A stretch of 64,000 nucleotides of DNA from Lama glama. Its lineage: Eukaryota. Positions 51,960 to 63,600 of this stretch are shown piece after piece (within the stretch, counting starts at the first letter, position 1; each line of letters starts with the position of its first letter). Position numbers and translations under genes: made by a program. Below the pieces are notes generated by a model, which was not told the origin of the DNA, did not search any database, and saw nothing but the letters and a program-made list of their open reading frames with translations. The stretch lies in NCBI GenBank assembly GCA_028534125.1, contig CM052816.1, positions 90,770,001 to 90,834,000 of the forward strand, given 5' to 3'.

Positions 51960-52739
51960 AAAAATGGGCACACATGCTCTACAGTTCCTTCCATCAAGAG
52001 AGTCTGGAATCTGGGATGGCCTTATGTCAGGCTTTGACCAATAATATATGGAAGAAGCAAGGTCACGTGACTTCTTTGCAAGTTCTCAAAAGGTCTTGCA
52101 GTTCTGTTCTTGCCCGAATGGAATTCTGAGCCCTCCACGGTGTGAAGAAAGACCCAGGAGGGAGCGGCCAGCTGTCCCAGCTGCCCCAGCAAGGCTCCTG
52201 CCCCGGGAGGAAGGCCGTGTCCCATCACCCGTCACAGCTGGTGCCCCTCGGCCTGCAGCTGCCTCCGAGAGCCCAGGTGACAGCAGCAGCCAAGCCCCGT
52301 TGGGCCACAGGACTGTGAGAAACAGTACGTCGTTGTCGTCCGAAGCCGCTTAGTTTTAGGGGGCTTGTTACGCAGAACAGATGCGCTGCGGTGCACATTT
52401 CCCATGATTTACTCAACCACTCTCCCGCTGAGGGGCACTTAGGCTGTGCCCAGCTTTTTAACTGTTCTAAACAACTCTCTCCTGGACATTTTTATATAAA
52501 CAATTTTCTGCACTTACCTGATTTTTTTCGTAATACTCTCAGCGGATGTGCTCTCACATTTAATGGAAACTTTAGGGGGAAGAAAACATTCCAAACATAT
52601 TCTTGTCTTATTTAAGAAGCAAAAGCAATCGTGATGACTTCAGGTGTGGAAATCAAGCCCTTGCCAGGTTGCTAGAGAGTTTGTATAGAATTGGCCCTGT
52701 GACACAACCCCAAATTTCTCTTTTGTAGACCAGCCTGAG

Positions 52740-53850
52740 GCTGTTTTTTGTGTGGTTTTCCTTTAGGATGTATGGGACTCCTGTATATATAAAAAACTTG
52801 ATTTAAAAAATGTATTACAAAATTCATGAGCCCATGTGAGCTATGGTGACTTCTCCATGAAGATTGAGAATGATGGACCCTTCAGTGTTTGTTCTACTGA
52901 GAGAACTTCAAGATTTTTCCAAGGGTTCAGGTACCAGCCCTTCCGGTTCACATCCAGAAAAATCTCATGTTCTTGTTGTCAAATGTGTCATTTGGGGCTC
53001 ATTTCTTATCTCCCACCACAAGAAAAGGGTTGGGGAACTTATTACTTATGGTATCATGGCTCTTCAGAACCTCGTTGTTTTAAAACAATACAGAAGTTCT
53101 GACCTCCGCCATTTCTTCATGTCATTTATTTAATGCTGTTGCAGCATCTTTTATGAAACTACATCATCCACGGTGTGTCTGTGAAATTGGCTGCCAGTCA
53201 CCCCTTCAAAGGTCGTCACAGTGCTTTGTGGATGGTGGCCACAAATCCAAATCCAACCCCGAGTATGCAGGAAAATCAGAAGGAGAGTTCACCTTTGGAT
53301 CTTGTTAAACTTACCACTGAGAATTTTATAGCATCACCATTGAACAGCACATCTACCAATTCCACCTTCTCTTGACCTCTTTGAGCTACAATCAAGGCAT
53401 TCCGAACATGTGATCGATTTCAATGCTGATTGCACTTTGCTGTTCACACACCACCACCAATGAAGGGGTCAAGGGAGGAGCCATGTGTGGAATGCAAGAC
53501 TGGTCCCATTCATGCAAGAAATGTGCTCTTCTCATCTGGGTTAGATTGAGGTCCATCCACAAAAGGATAATGACACCACATTGATTGGAGGTAAGCGAGG
53601 ACATGGCTCACAAGGGCTGATTGACACTGCAGAGCAACTGTCTAGAAAACCAAGGACGTGCAGTTAACCCAGGAGAGCTGCCTGACATGAGGAGCAGAGC
53701 CAGAAGAAGAAGTATGATGACCATCCTGTGTGCCAAGGGTGGGAAGCACACAGGGCAAAGACGCCTGCCGCCTCTGCGCCGCCCGCCACCTCTGAGCCGC
53801 CCAAGGATGCTGTAGGCCTAGGCAATACCGCTGCCAGCTGGAACATACAT
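52740..53850 (-). pseudogene. Possible ancient processed pseudogene (parent unidentified)
   Basis: No repeat recognised. On the minus strand, a GC/CpG-rich head precedes an mRNA-like body and an A-rich end. No parent protein recognised. Confidence 0.25.
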
Positions 53851-54329
53851 GAGACCTGACACAGGAGTCCATGCACAGGCTGAGCCCAAGGTCACAGGGG
53901 ACTATTGGTGGCAAAGAGCTCTGCAGCCCTCCTTCGTCCCAGGTGATTGAAAGTCATGCAAAATCAGCTGGTCAGCATCAATCTGGGGCCCAATCACTCA
54001 TGATCCTGTGAAAAACACAGTGTATTGGCCAGTAGGAAAATCTAGGCTGTCTTCCTGGGAATGAGGTCCAGCCATCAGCTCCATGAGGACCCCGATAAAT
54101 GCCAGTCCTAGATTCCAGATGACACCATGTGCACAGCAGAGGGTTAGTGAGAACCCCAAAGGGGAAAGGCAGAGACCAAAGGCCATGTAGGACCTGATCT
54201 GGGTCCAGGGTGGCCTCTCTGGATGGCACTGCTGTCCTCAGCCAGTCTTGGGCACCCAATGGAATTTAAAGCATTTTGAGGAAAGTGCCCCCAAGCACAG
54301 GGCCTCACTTTCCTCAGTCTTGGGGTGTT

Positions 54330-54800
54330 ACTCCTCTTAAGGTACTGGCAAGTGGCAGAAAACAAAACGCACTTGGGAAAATTTAAGCAAGAGGAGATTT
54401 ATTAAAGAGTATCATAAAACTTGCCTTATCTTTGGAAGGGCTGAAGGCATGAGCTTTAGGCTAAGCTTCCAGAAATAATTCTTAGAACCACAGCACAGAG
54501 CAGGCCTGGCTGGTCAGAGGTGGCTTCACCTACCAACTTAGGAACCACGCTGGGGCAGTCTGGGAGTGATGTCCCCATGGCTGACCACAAAAACCGATCC
54601 TCTGCTTCCAATTGTGTCGTCATCACGGTCACTTTGATCCTCCCCTGGGTCCCCATGTAGTTTGTTCCCCAGGTTAAACCCTGAATGGGTGCATCCAACT
54701 GGTAGAACTGAAGGCACGTGTTTGGAGCAAAGGAAGTTTGAGGATTCTCCATTGGCTTGGAGGGATTCCCAATGTGAGGACACTCTCAGCATGTGGGTAA
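54330..54800 (-). mobile_element. Old MaLR LTR (MLT1K/L-like)
   Basis: GGCAAGTGGCAGAAAAC..TTAAGCAA..GATTTATTAAAG. Confidence 0.5.
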
Positions 54801-55228
54801 GATCATCAGAAGATGTAGAGCAGCACTGAGTAGCAGATACCCACTCATCGGGATGACTGAATTATGATTATTCCATTAATAAATATAGGGAAGTTAGTAA
54901 AAGTGGATGAGGTGAATGAAGAAGGGTTAGTTTGGGAGCGTGAACGGTTAAGAAGAATCTCACTAGGAGAAATCCAATAGATTGTTGGAAACAGGGGGCT
55001 GGGACTTCTTCGAGCTTGAGTTCTGGGTTTGGGAATCATTTATGAAGAGATGGCAGTTGATGGACGGAGAATTAATGACAAGACTGTAAGAGGTGGAGAA
55101 GAGAACACATGCTTAGGGTGGACCATCACCCGGAGGAGGAAGGGAGAAGAGAGGCCTCTAAAAATGACAGAGAAAGAGGCCAAAGAGATGAGCCAACAAA
55201 CCACACGCAGTGTTAGGAAAGCTTGGTA

Positions 55229-55405
55229 AGACTGGCTACATAATTCTGGGGGCCCAGTGCAAAATGAAAAACAGCGCCCCTGATTCAAAAATCGTTAGGA
55301 TTTTAAGACATCACACCAAGTATTAAACCAAACAGAGGGCCCCTTCTGAGCGTAGGGCCCTGTGCAACTAGCCCTACAGGCTGCACACCCATGAAGCTGG
55401 CCCCA
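55229..55405 (-). mobile_element. MER45A-like hAT-Tip100 MITE
   Basis: CTGGCTACATAATT..GGCCCAGTGCAAAATGAAAA ... CCCATGAAGCTGGCCC. Confidence 0.8.
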
Positions 55406-55991
55406 ATGCTAAGAGGTGAGAGTTTCCAAAGAGGGGCATCGTCAAGGAGGACGGAATTCGAGAACAGGCTGTTCAATTTGATTATTCCGAGGTCACGGCG
55501 ATCTTCAAGAAAATGGGACAGAGGGCAAAAATTCAATCCTAAGGGGTTGAAGAGTAAATTGCCTGGGGGTGAAGTAGAGACAATGAAAAGCTAAGGATTT
55601 GAAGAGAGATGGCCCAGTAGTTCAGGGAGCAATTGGGTTAAGAAACAGCCATTTTCAAATGAAAGAGACTTGATCACATTTATTGACTTGGATAATGTGA
55701 GCAGGAAGGATTGAAAATACAAGTTTGGGGGTGATGATAAGTGAAGGCACAAGGTTTGGAAGTGGTAAAGATTCTGTGATGAACAGAGGTGGAGAGTGGG
55801 TAAATTTTGGAAAGTCAGCCTCAGAGCCACGCCTATGAAATAGAAGAGAGGAAACATGGAGGTAACAGGCAATCAAGAGAGAAAAGGAACTTTCAAACAT
55901 ACTCCAAGTGGACAGAATATATTATCATGGAGGGTTTCATGGAGTTTTATACCATTTATTTATCACACCCAGCAGGACCAGAACACAGCAC

Positions 55992-56357
55992 TTTTTTTTT
56001 TTAATTTTATTTTTTATCGAAGTGTAGTTGATTTACAATGTTAGTTTCAGGTGTACAGCAAAGTGATTCGGTTATACATATACATACATATACATATTTT
56101 CAGATTCTTTTTTACTATATGTTATTACAAGAAATTAAATATAGTTCCCTGTGCTATACAGTAGGTCCTTGCTGTTTATCTATTTTATACATAGTAATGT
56201 TATATCTGTTAATCCCAAACTCTTTATTTATCCCTCCCCTGCCCTTTCCTCTTTGGTAATGATAGTTTGTTTTCTATGTCCATGAGTCTAGTTTTGGTTT
56301 GTAAATAAAATTTGTATTTTTTTTAAGATTCATATATAAGTGATATCATATGATATT
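55992..56357 (-). mobile_element. Artiodactyl-type L1 3'UTR
   Basis: PolyT, GTAGTTGATTTACAATG..GGTGTACAGCAAAGTGATTC..AGTTCCCTGTGCTATACAGTAGGTCC. Confidence 0.88.
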
Positions 56358-59269
56358 CAGGACATGACCCTTTAAGCAGAATGGATTAATTTATGAAAAC
56401 AGCTCTGTGTTTGTGTGGGATATCAATTTAGTAAGCATTCCTGCTGGTGTGTGAAGTGGTAGGGCATCGATCCTGCTCAAAGTTGGCATTGACCATCCAC
56501 TGAGAACTATCTGATGGGGTAAATGATGTCTCAGCCGAAGCCCATCTTGTTTAGAAAAATGACTTCTAGCAAGTTAGTTTTTTGAGAGTCTTATCTCTGC
56601 TTTATTTCTGTGTTTATTCTTTTGTACCTGTTTAATTCTACAATATGAAATTTTCAGATATTCCCCCCTCCCATTTTATTCCTTCTAAAGAAATCTTTCA
56701 CAATTGTTTTAAAGTTTCACATTAAAAAAACCAAAACCAAACAACTCCCTTGAGGGTTTTTGGATTGTCAGTTATGAGAAATAAAAGGAACACTTGTTTA
56801 AAAATTTAAACAACATTAAAGGAGTCCCTTAATGTTCGTTTGTTCAAAAGGCAAAAACATGTGAATTTTTAAACATCCAAGACTATAAGCGAACTGAAAG
56901 GGACTGCTGTTTAGTTGAGCATGAAAAACAGGATTTTAAGGTTGTGTCAGTTATTAACTTCTAATTTGTGCGAAAGAAACTCCAGAACTTTCCCTTTCTG
57001 TAACTAGTAATTAAACCATTAGTTGGACTGGAGCAATTAAAGGTGAGTACTTTATGAAAACCATAGTAATGAAAAAGACTCTGTACATAAAGACACATCC
57101 AGATTAGGAAATCCTCGCGGCAACAGAACAACAGCAAAGAAACTCAATTTGAAATCACAAAGGAAATTAAGACAACCCATTTCAACGAAACCCAACAAAC
57201 GTGGTGGAAACAAAAAGTGACACATACATGTACAGAAGTCTCCTTTAAGTGGGGAAATGGTTCCATCTATTTACAAATATATATTTGTCACTGATGGATT
57301 AATTTTTGCAGCTAAAGAAGAGAAGGTAACGTGAGCTTTTTTGGTGTTTTATTTTGCAAGTGCAACACTCTATTAGCATGGTGTCAGAGAAATAAGGAGG
57401 ATAATTAAGAAGGGACTTAGCCTCAGAGAAACGTGCCCAATCTGGCATTAACATTCTTGACTGTCAGTTCTCAGAAGGCAGGATTTCATGTTTTAGCCCA
57501 AACAGCTTTGACCAAGGGGCAACACAGCTCCTTGAAAGGAAGCCCTTAACTTTAAAAAAAAAAAAATGGTAACAAGTGGATATTCTTAGAAATCTACTGA
57601 TTTAAAATACATCCCCTTCTCTGTCCAATTTTCTCAAAGTTCTTGTAAATTTAACATAGCCCTTTTAAACAACTGATTTCACCCCCAAATACTTGAAAGT
57701 TGATATCTTGCATTTTGCTGTTTGTTCAGCAAATAGAATCTTGCTGCTCCAGTTTATCTTTATACCTTTTAAAGCTGTGCATTTATATGGAAAAGCTGAT
57801 GAATTCTGACAACCTAAAGCAGTTACCTGCAAACTCAGAGTTGTCTACCTGGGTATTTACTAAAATGCAGATTCTTAGGCACCAAGCCCACCCCTGAGAT
57901 ACAGTCATGTTTTTTGCTTGTTTGTTTTTCCTTTTTAACAACTGTCCTAGGGGATTTTGATAAAATGGTGTAAACTTTTTAAAGAAATATAATTGAGTAA
58001 AAGTCAACCCTTATGAATTGGATCTGGCTCACAATTCTAGCTGGGGGGTATATAATTATTAACCATATCTTCTTAATCAACAGGGAAGTGATTTTTAAAA
58101 TATTAATAGACTTCTTTTTTTGAGCAATGTTAGCTTTACAGGAAAATTGAGGTTAAAGTGTCCCAGTTTCTTCTATTATTAACATGTTGTAATGCTGTGG
58201 GACATTTGTGACAAGTGATGAGCCAGTATTGGAGAGTGACTTTGAAATGACATGGCCAGGTCCATCAGTCGCTGGGCTGTTGCTGGGAACCAAGCCACAT
58301 CCACACCCTTACTTGAACAAGCTGCCTGGTACTTTCTCTGGAGTGATGTTCTACACAGATTAACACCATAATGACTGTAATTGCTCTGTTCCAGTATCTG
58401 AACACAGGTGGCAGCAGGACTCATTTGACTAAGCACTTTGATTGGTGCCTGGGATGGTTGTTATTTATCCTGGCTCCATCTTAACTTTCCATGCAACCTG
58501 GGACACAATCTTTAATGGCTTACATGTGTGAACCTGTGAAACAGGGCAATCACATAGCATAATATCCCGAGTTAATTTATACCTTGACTCTTTCCAAAGG
58601 GAAGGGGAGTGAATACAAAGATATTAATGTTGAAGAACTCCTCTGAGATAAGTTTCAAACATGCCTGAATTTTTACACAAGGATTACAGAAGGATGCTTC
58701 ATTCATTCGTTCTCTGAGACAGGCTGGGGATACAAATTTGAAAGCACAGTCCTCTCTCTTAAGGAGCTTCTAATCTCCCAACTGAAGATGGGTAGGACAC
58801 CAATAAAAAAATACCCTTAACATGGTATAGTTTCCTCAGTAGTCTTAGAAATAAGCCACACCGTGTGGTTAGGTGGAACTGGAAGGGGGCTGAGTGGTTG
58901 GGCATCTCTGGGCAGGCTTCCCCTGGAAGATGTGACTTTCCCACTTGAGTTTTAAAGGATGAGTAGCAGTTGGCAAATCCCCTAGAGAGAACTTCTCAAA
59001 CCATTTGTGGTGAGGAACCAGTCGTTTTTGTTTCCAATCTGCCAGGTACCAATAGGAGAACCCTGTTGTGCCAGGTGTGACTCACTACGGAGTTTGACAA
59101 CACCCAAACTGGTTTATACTCGGTTTGAAGAGTCCACCGATCATGTGCTTTTATGTCGTGGCATTTTTACATTGCTACAAAAGTTTGTAAGCCTTTGTCC
59201 TCAATTTTTCTACTTGTTACAGGTTTCCAAACAGTTGGCAGAACAGCACAAGGCCAGGTGCCATTCTTT

Positions 59270-59395
59270 GAGGGCAGCTGGAAGCTTGCTGGAACTGCAT
59301 ATCATCAGTGCTCACCCCACTCAGTTCCAATCTGCATTTTAATCAGATTCCCAGGTGATTCCTGTGCGCGCTCAAGTTTGAAGACCTGCCCTAGA
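59270..59395. mobile_element. MER5A-like fragment
   Basis: ATCTGCATTTTAA..CCAGGTGATTCCTGTGC..AAGTTTGAAGACC. Confidence 0.6.
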
Positions 59396-60505
59396 GGAAA
59401 CTAAGACTCAGTACCAGGTGGATTTGATCCTTCATCCATCTCACTTCCGTCTGCCTATCTGCTTCCTTATGTCCAGGAAAAGAGTTACATTTTTAAAGGT
59501 GCAATTGGCCACGTCCTCTCTGTTTACAAACTATATTTTCCCGCTGCAATGAAAATGTCTTTTAACCTGACTGCAGGAGAGAAACACCACACCGGAAGGC
59601 AGCTTCCAGAAATTCTGATTAGCCTCCGTTCTCCGCTTTGATCTGGTCCAAGAGCAGGGGCAACTCCGCGGACCGCGCTTCCTTCCCCGGGGTCGCTCAT
59701 CTGCCGAGCTGCATTAATGAGATCCGCGTTGAGCCCGTTCCAGGGTTCGCTAAAGATCAAAGGCACAAAAAACGTCCCCCAACCCCTCCTCTTTGGTGAC
59801 TATTTGGTCTCTTTCACCAGAGAGAAGAGTCAGCACCCCCGCCCGCACCTAGGCGGGGAGGCGGGGAAGGAGGGGGAAACCGCTTGGACCCCGCCTTCCC
59901 CGCCTGCCGCGGAGGCTGCCGTGGCCAGAGGCTCACGGAGGGCGGGGTCTGGGCGTAGATGGGGGCGGGGCGCGCCGGCCGGGCAAGGCTAGACCCTGCG
60001 GAAGCGCGGAGCGGGGTTGGCCGAGGCCTGGGCTCCTGGAGGGGCGGGGCGTGGCGGGCGAGCAGGGTGGGCCGGCTGAGTGGGCGGAGCTCAGCTCTTG
60101 GCGGGGCGGGGCGAGGCGAGCGAGTGGGCGGGGCCGGACCGTGCGCTCCGATCTGCAAGTCTCGGTGAGGTGGTGAGCCGGCTGAGCCCGGGCGCTCGAG
60201 TCCTCACCGCGGCGGCGCTAGCGCGGGGAGAGCAACTCCGGGTTCGCTTTGTGGCTGCTGTTCCCCTGCCCGTCCGGAGCGCCTCCGGCCGGAGCGCAGA
60301 AGGAGGGGCGCGCTCCCCAGCCCCCCGCCGCCCTCCCTCAGCCCGGGGGAAGAATGTGCCACCAGCTGTTCTCCGCTCGCGAGCGCTGCGTCCAGGAGTG
60401 AGGGACTTGGAGAAATTGGAGACAAAGGCTGCGGTTGGGACGGATGAGTTAGAGACTTGGGTTTGGGCAAACAAAAGGTGCGAAAGACGAGAAGGGGAGA
60501 AGGAG

Positions 60506-60556
60506 ATGGCAGCGGGGGAGCCCCGGGGGCTCGAGTTCCTGGGAGTCGCGCCGTGA
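60506..60556 (+). other. uORF MAAGEPRGLEFLGVAP* (in frame with MYO10)
   Basis: GAGATGG context (G at -3, G at +4); TGA at 60554-60556; ATG lies 138 nt upstream of the MYO10 ATG. Inclusion in the mRNA is inferred. Confidence 0.6.
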
Positions 60557-60643
60557 CACGCATGGTTTCCTCGGACCTTCAGCTGGGCTGACTTCCGCGA
60601 GCTGGAAGCCGGACTCTGGCAAGTTGGGAAGCGCACGGGAACA

Positions 60644-60664
60644 ATGGACAACTTCTTCCCCGAG
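60644..60664 (+). CDS. MYO10: Myosin X, first coding exon (MDNFFPE), phase-0 donor
   Basis: ACAATGG (strong Kozak), then ATG GAC AAC TTC TTC CCC GAG and a canonical donor GTGAGT at 60665, inside a CpG island. The peptide matches the mammalian MYO10 N-terminus MDNFF(T/P)E-GTRVW as recalled. Exon 2 was not seen in the window. Confidence 0.9.
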
Positions 60665-63600
60665 GTGAGTGCGCTCGCGGCCGGGAGGGCAGGCGCCGGC
60701 GGCCCGGCCCGACTCGGCGCGGACTCCCTTCCTGTCCGGACCTGGCCTCCAGGCAGGGAGGGATGTGCGTACCGCGCCGCGCGCACACTTGCTACCGCGC
60801 ACTCTTAAGCCCGAGAGGGCGAGACTTTCTGGGAGTCGCCTGAGACCAACCCCCGGGGAGTCTCCGGCTGAGTAAGCCGGGGCAGGTTTTATTTTGTCCC
60901 GTGCTCGCACTTGGCTCCGGGATGTAGGGAAGATGAGCGTCCTTTTGCGTGGGTGGCTGGCTCACCGGGTGTCCCTGCGGCGCTCCGCGCGAGAGGAGGC
61001 GGCGGACTAGGGGCCCGGACGGGGGATCTGCATGCCCGGCTGCCTGGGTGCAGGAAACCCAATAAAATGTTCAGCGGGGACGTGCCTTTCCCCAAGAAAG
61101 GTCTGGTCTGGTATTTCCTTTGCAAAACGTGCCGGCTTCCTGTGAGAGGGGTGCAAACACTTCCAGAGGAGACGGCTTAATGAAGTGTGAGAAGGGGGAG
61201 GCGAGGGTTTAATCATTCACCGTGGTCTCTGCCGGTCGGACCTTTGGAGTCTAGGTCTAGTGCTCACCAAGAAGTGCTCGTTTAGAATTTGAGATCATTC
61301 CAGAGGGAAGATGAAAAGATCAAATATTTGTGCTGTCTTTGGCAGATTTTGAATTTGAATTTGAAGAAGATCGTTTAGGACAAACAGGTTATTTTTAAAG
61401 ATTAAAACGATCTTCCTTTTAGGGTCGTTGAAGGCGGGACACCGGAGTTACTTGAAACTCTTGACTTGAGAACCGTTTTTGGGGGGGGTTGGGGGGTCGA
61501 GAGTTACTGTGGTTTCTTGGCTCCCTTTTCTTTCTTGGTTGTGTTTGTTTAACAAATTATATTTAAGTTTGAGGTTTTAAGTGGCTCAAAGTAAACTTAG
61601 TTGACTTGAGGAGTCTGAAGTGACTTTCACTGAAAGCAAGGGATGTATTGTAAATCCAGGACAGTTTTGGAATCTTCCAGCAAATTAGACTGGTGAGGGT
61701 TTGCCTCTGTGTTGGCTAACTCGCTTTGTCAGACTTAATTGGGTATATTATTTCAAGTCATTGTACTTTCTGGATGCCCGCTTACTAGAGATAGCTGTTT
61801 ATAATGACCAAAGTGATGAATATATTCTCGTGTAACAGTATTATCCACTTTTTTCAAAGTGATGTCTCACGTGTGATACCCACATTAACTGAGAGGTAGA
61901 TTGGACAGGAATTAATCATTCATTAATATATTTTTACTTTTTTTTTTAAAGAATGAAACCTCTAATTGTGAGACAGTAGCATTTTCTAATCCATAGACCT
62001 TTGTTTCATGTTTGTAAGAAGGCACCAGAACTTTTTGCAGGAGTTGCAGGTTAACCAATGATGAAAGACCGGTGAGCTATGTTTAATTGCTTTCATCTGT
62101 TGGAAAACCTCAGGCCCTGCCTGCAGGACACTAATTCTTAACTTTTTTTTTTTTTTTGAGATGGGCAGAGAGGGTAGGGAGGCCTTTATTTTGATTTTGT
62201 GTTATGGGTCCCTTAGGAAATTTGATGAGACGTAGAATTTGTATTTCGTTTGTTGGGTTCTCAGTCCCCATGAAGCCTGTCCGTGGACCGGGGTGGGCCA
62301 GTGAAATCCCCTTTGGGAGAACTCTGCCCCCTAGCGCAAGTGGGGGAAACTGCAGGATAGCGCGAGACAGCTGCAACCTCCTTCCCTCCAGCAGTCCTGT
62401 CTGACTTCCAAGCCCGTTCTCCTTACACTGAACCAAGGTAAGTGTAAGGAGATCTAGTTGTGGAATTTTATTTCCATGATTAATATAATGTTGAAGTTGT
62501 CCATATTCTCCATTCCCTTTCTTTCTTAGATGAAGACTCTTAAACCAAAGACATTAAGTTGCTTGCTCAAGGTTGAAAAGATGGTTAATAGAACCCACAG
62601 CCTTTTTCCTCTGTTGCTGGTGACCTTAGTATTTTGGGAAATGGTTATGTATTTAAAGTTATACCTTTAATCTTGAGCTGTATTTATGTTACAGTGTTAA
62701 TTTCTAATCAGAAATTAATTCTGATCTTTATTTCTAGTCAGTATTAATTTCTAATCAGAGTTTCTCCCCTCAGCATAATTGCTTTGAATGGGAAGCAGGC
62801 AGAGCCACAGAGGCTATGCATTGCTGTATTGATTGGAGACAAACTCCTAATGTAGACCCTGTCACTCTTCAGTGTCTCATAACAGAGCATCCTTTTGTTA
62901 AATTGTTCAGTGAAGAACATCTTGTAATGTCCTGTTAGAGTAGAAACGGTGAGTGTGAAGTGATACATTTCCAAGGACAGCAGAATTGTAGAGCCTCATT
63001 TATCACTAAGTGGTGCCCTGTTCTTTGGTAACTTTTCCCCTTGTGATTTAGGGATAATGATGTATTAGCTTCAAATGGCTGTCCAACAAGCAGTGTGAAC
63101 AACTGAAGAAGAAATTGAATGAGATGTTACATGTATTAGCTTTATGTCTGAATGGCCAAATAATAAGGAAATGGGAGCTCCTTGTGACTAACAGCTGCTA
63201 TTTAGAGCTAGAGCAGGGTTTCTCAAACTGGGTACCATTGACATGTTAATTCTTTGGTGTGGGGGGACCGTCCTGTGCTTGGTACCCCTGGCCTCTACCC
63301 AGTAGATGCTAGTGACACCCGGAGTCGTGACAACCAAGATGTCTGCAGACATTGCCCAATGAGCCCCAGGGAGCAAAGTCACTCCCAGCTGAGAACCACT
63401 GAGCTAGACTCACGAAGCATTTGCCCTGTGGAATTAACTCCCGTGCGTGTTGCAGGCACAGGCTTCTTGCCTGCTTTAAGTGGCATCCGGTGTCTTACTG
63501 CCGCCAGCCCGAAGCTTGTGAGGCTTGTGCCCCTCAGCTGATGGGCTACTGACCGCAGAGCGTACCCCCTAGATAGGAGACACCGAGTTCCCCACACCCC

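Larger units (their letters stand above)
51200..52388 (+). mobile_element. MLT1F/G-like LTR split by L1MB (51224-51959)
   Basis: GATTAAAAATAGCCACA start resumes at AAAAATGGGCACA..CCATCAAGAG; ends GGGGCTTGTTACGCAG. Confidence 0.65.
59620..61150 (+). promoter_or_regulatory. MYO10: CpG island / promoter and 5' leader of MYO10
   Basis: Abrupt rise in GC and CpG content. Many GGGCGG (Sp/KLF) boxes at ~59840-60135. No TATA box noticed. Encloses exon 1. TSS not determinable from sequence. Confidence 0.9.

Noticed and set aside
53600..53730. Faint resemblance of minus-strand peptide FSRQLLCS to SELENOF
   Set aside because: Similarity does not extend to either side; treated as chance.
59814..61216. 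Long ORFs in the CpG island (e.g. 60091-60786 minus, 231 aa)
   Set aside because: Ala/Arg/Pro/Gly-rich ORFs overlapping in several frames are expected from stop-codon scarcity in GC-rich DNA; no domain recognised.
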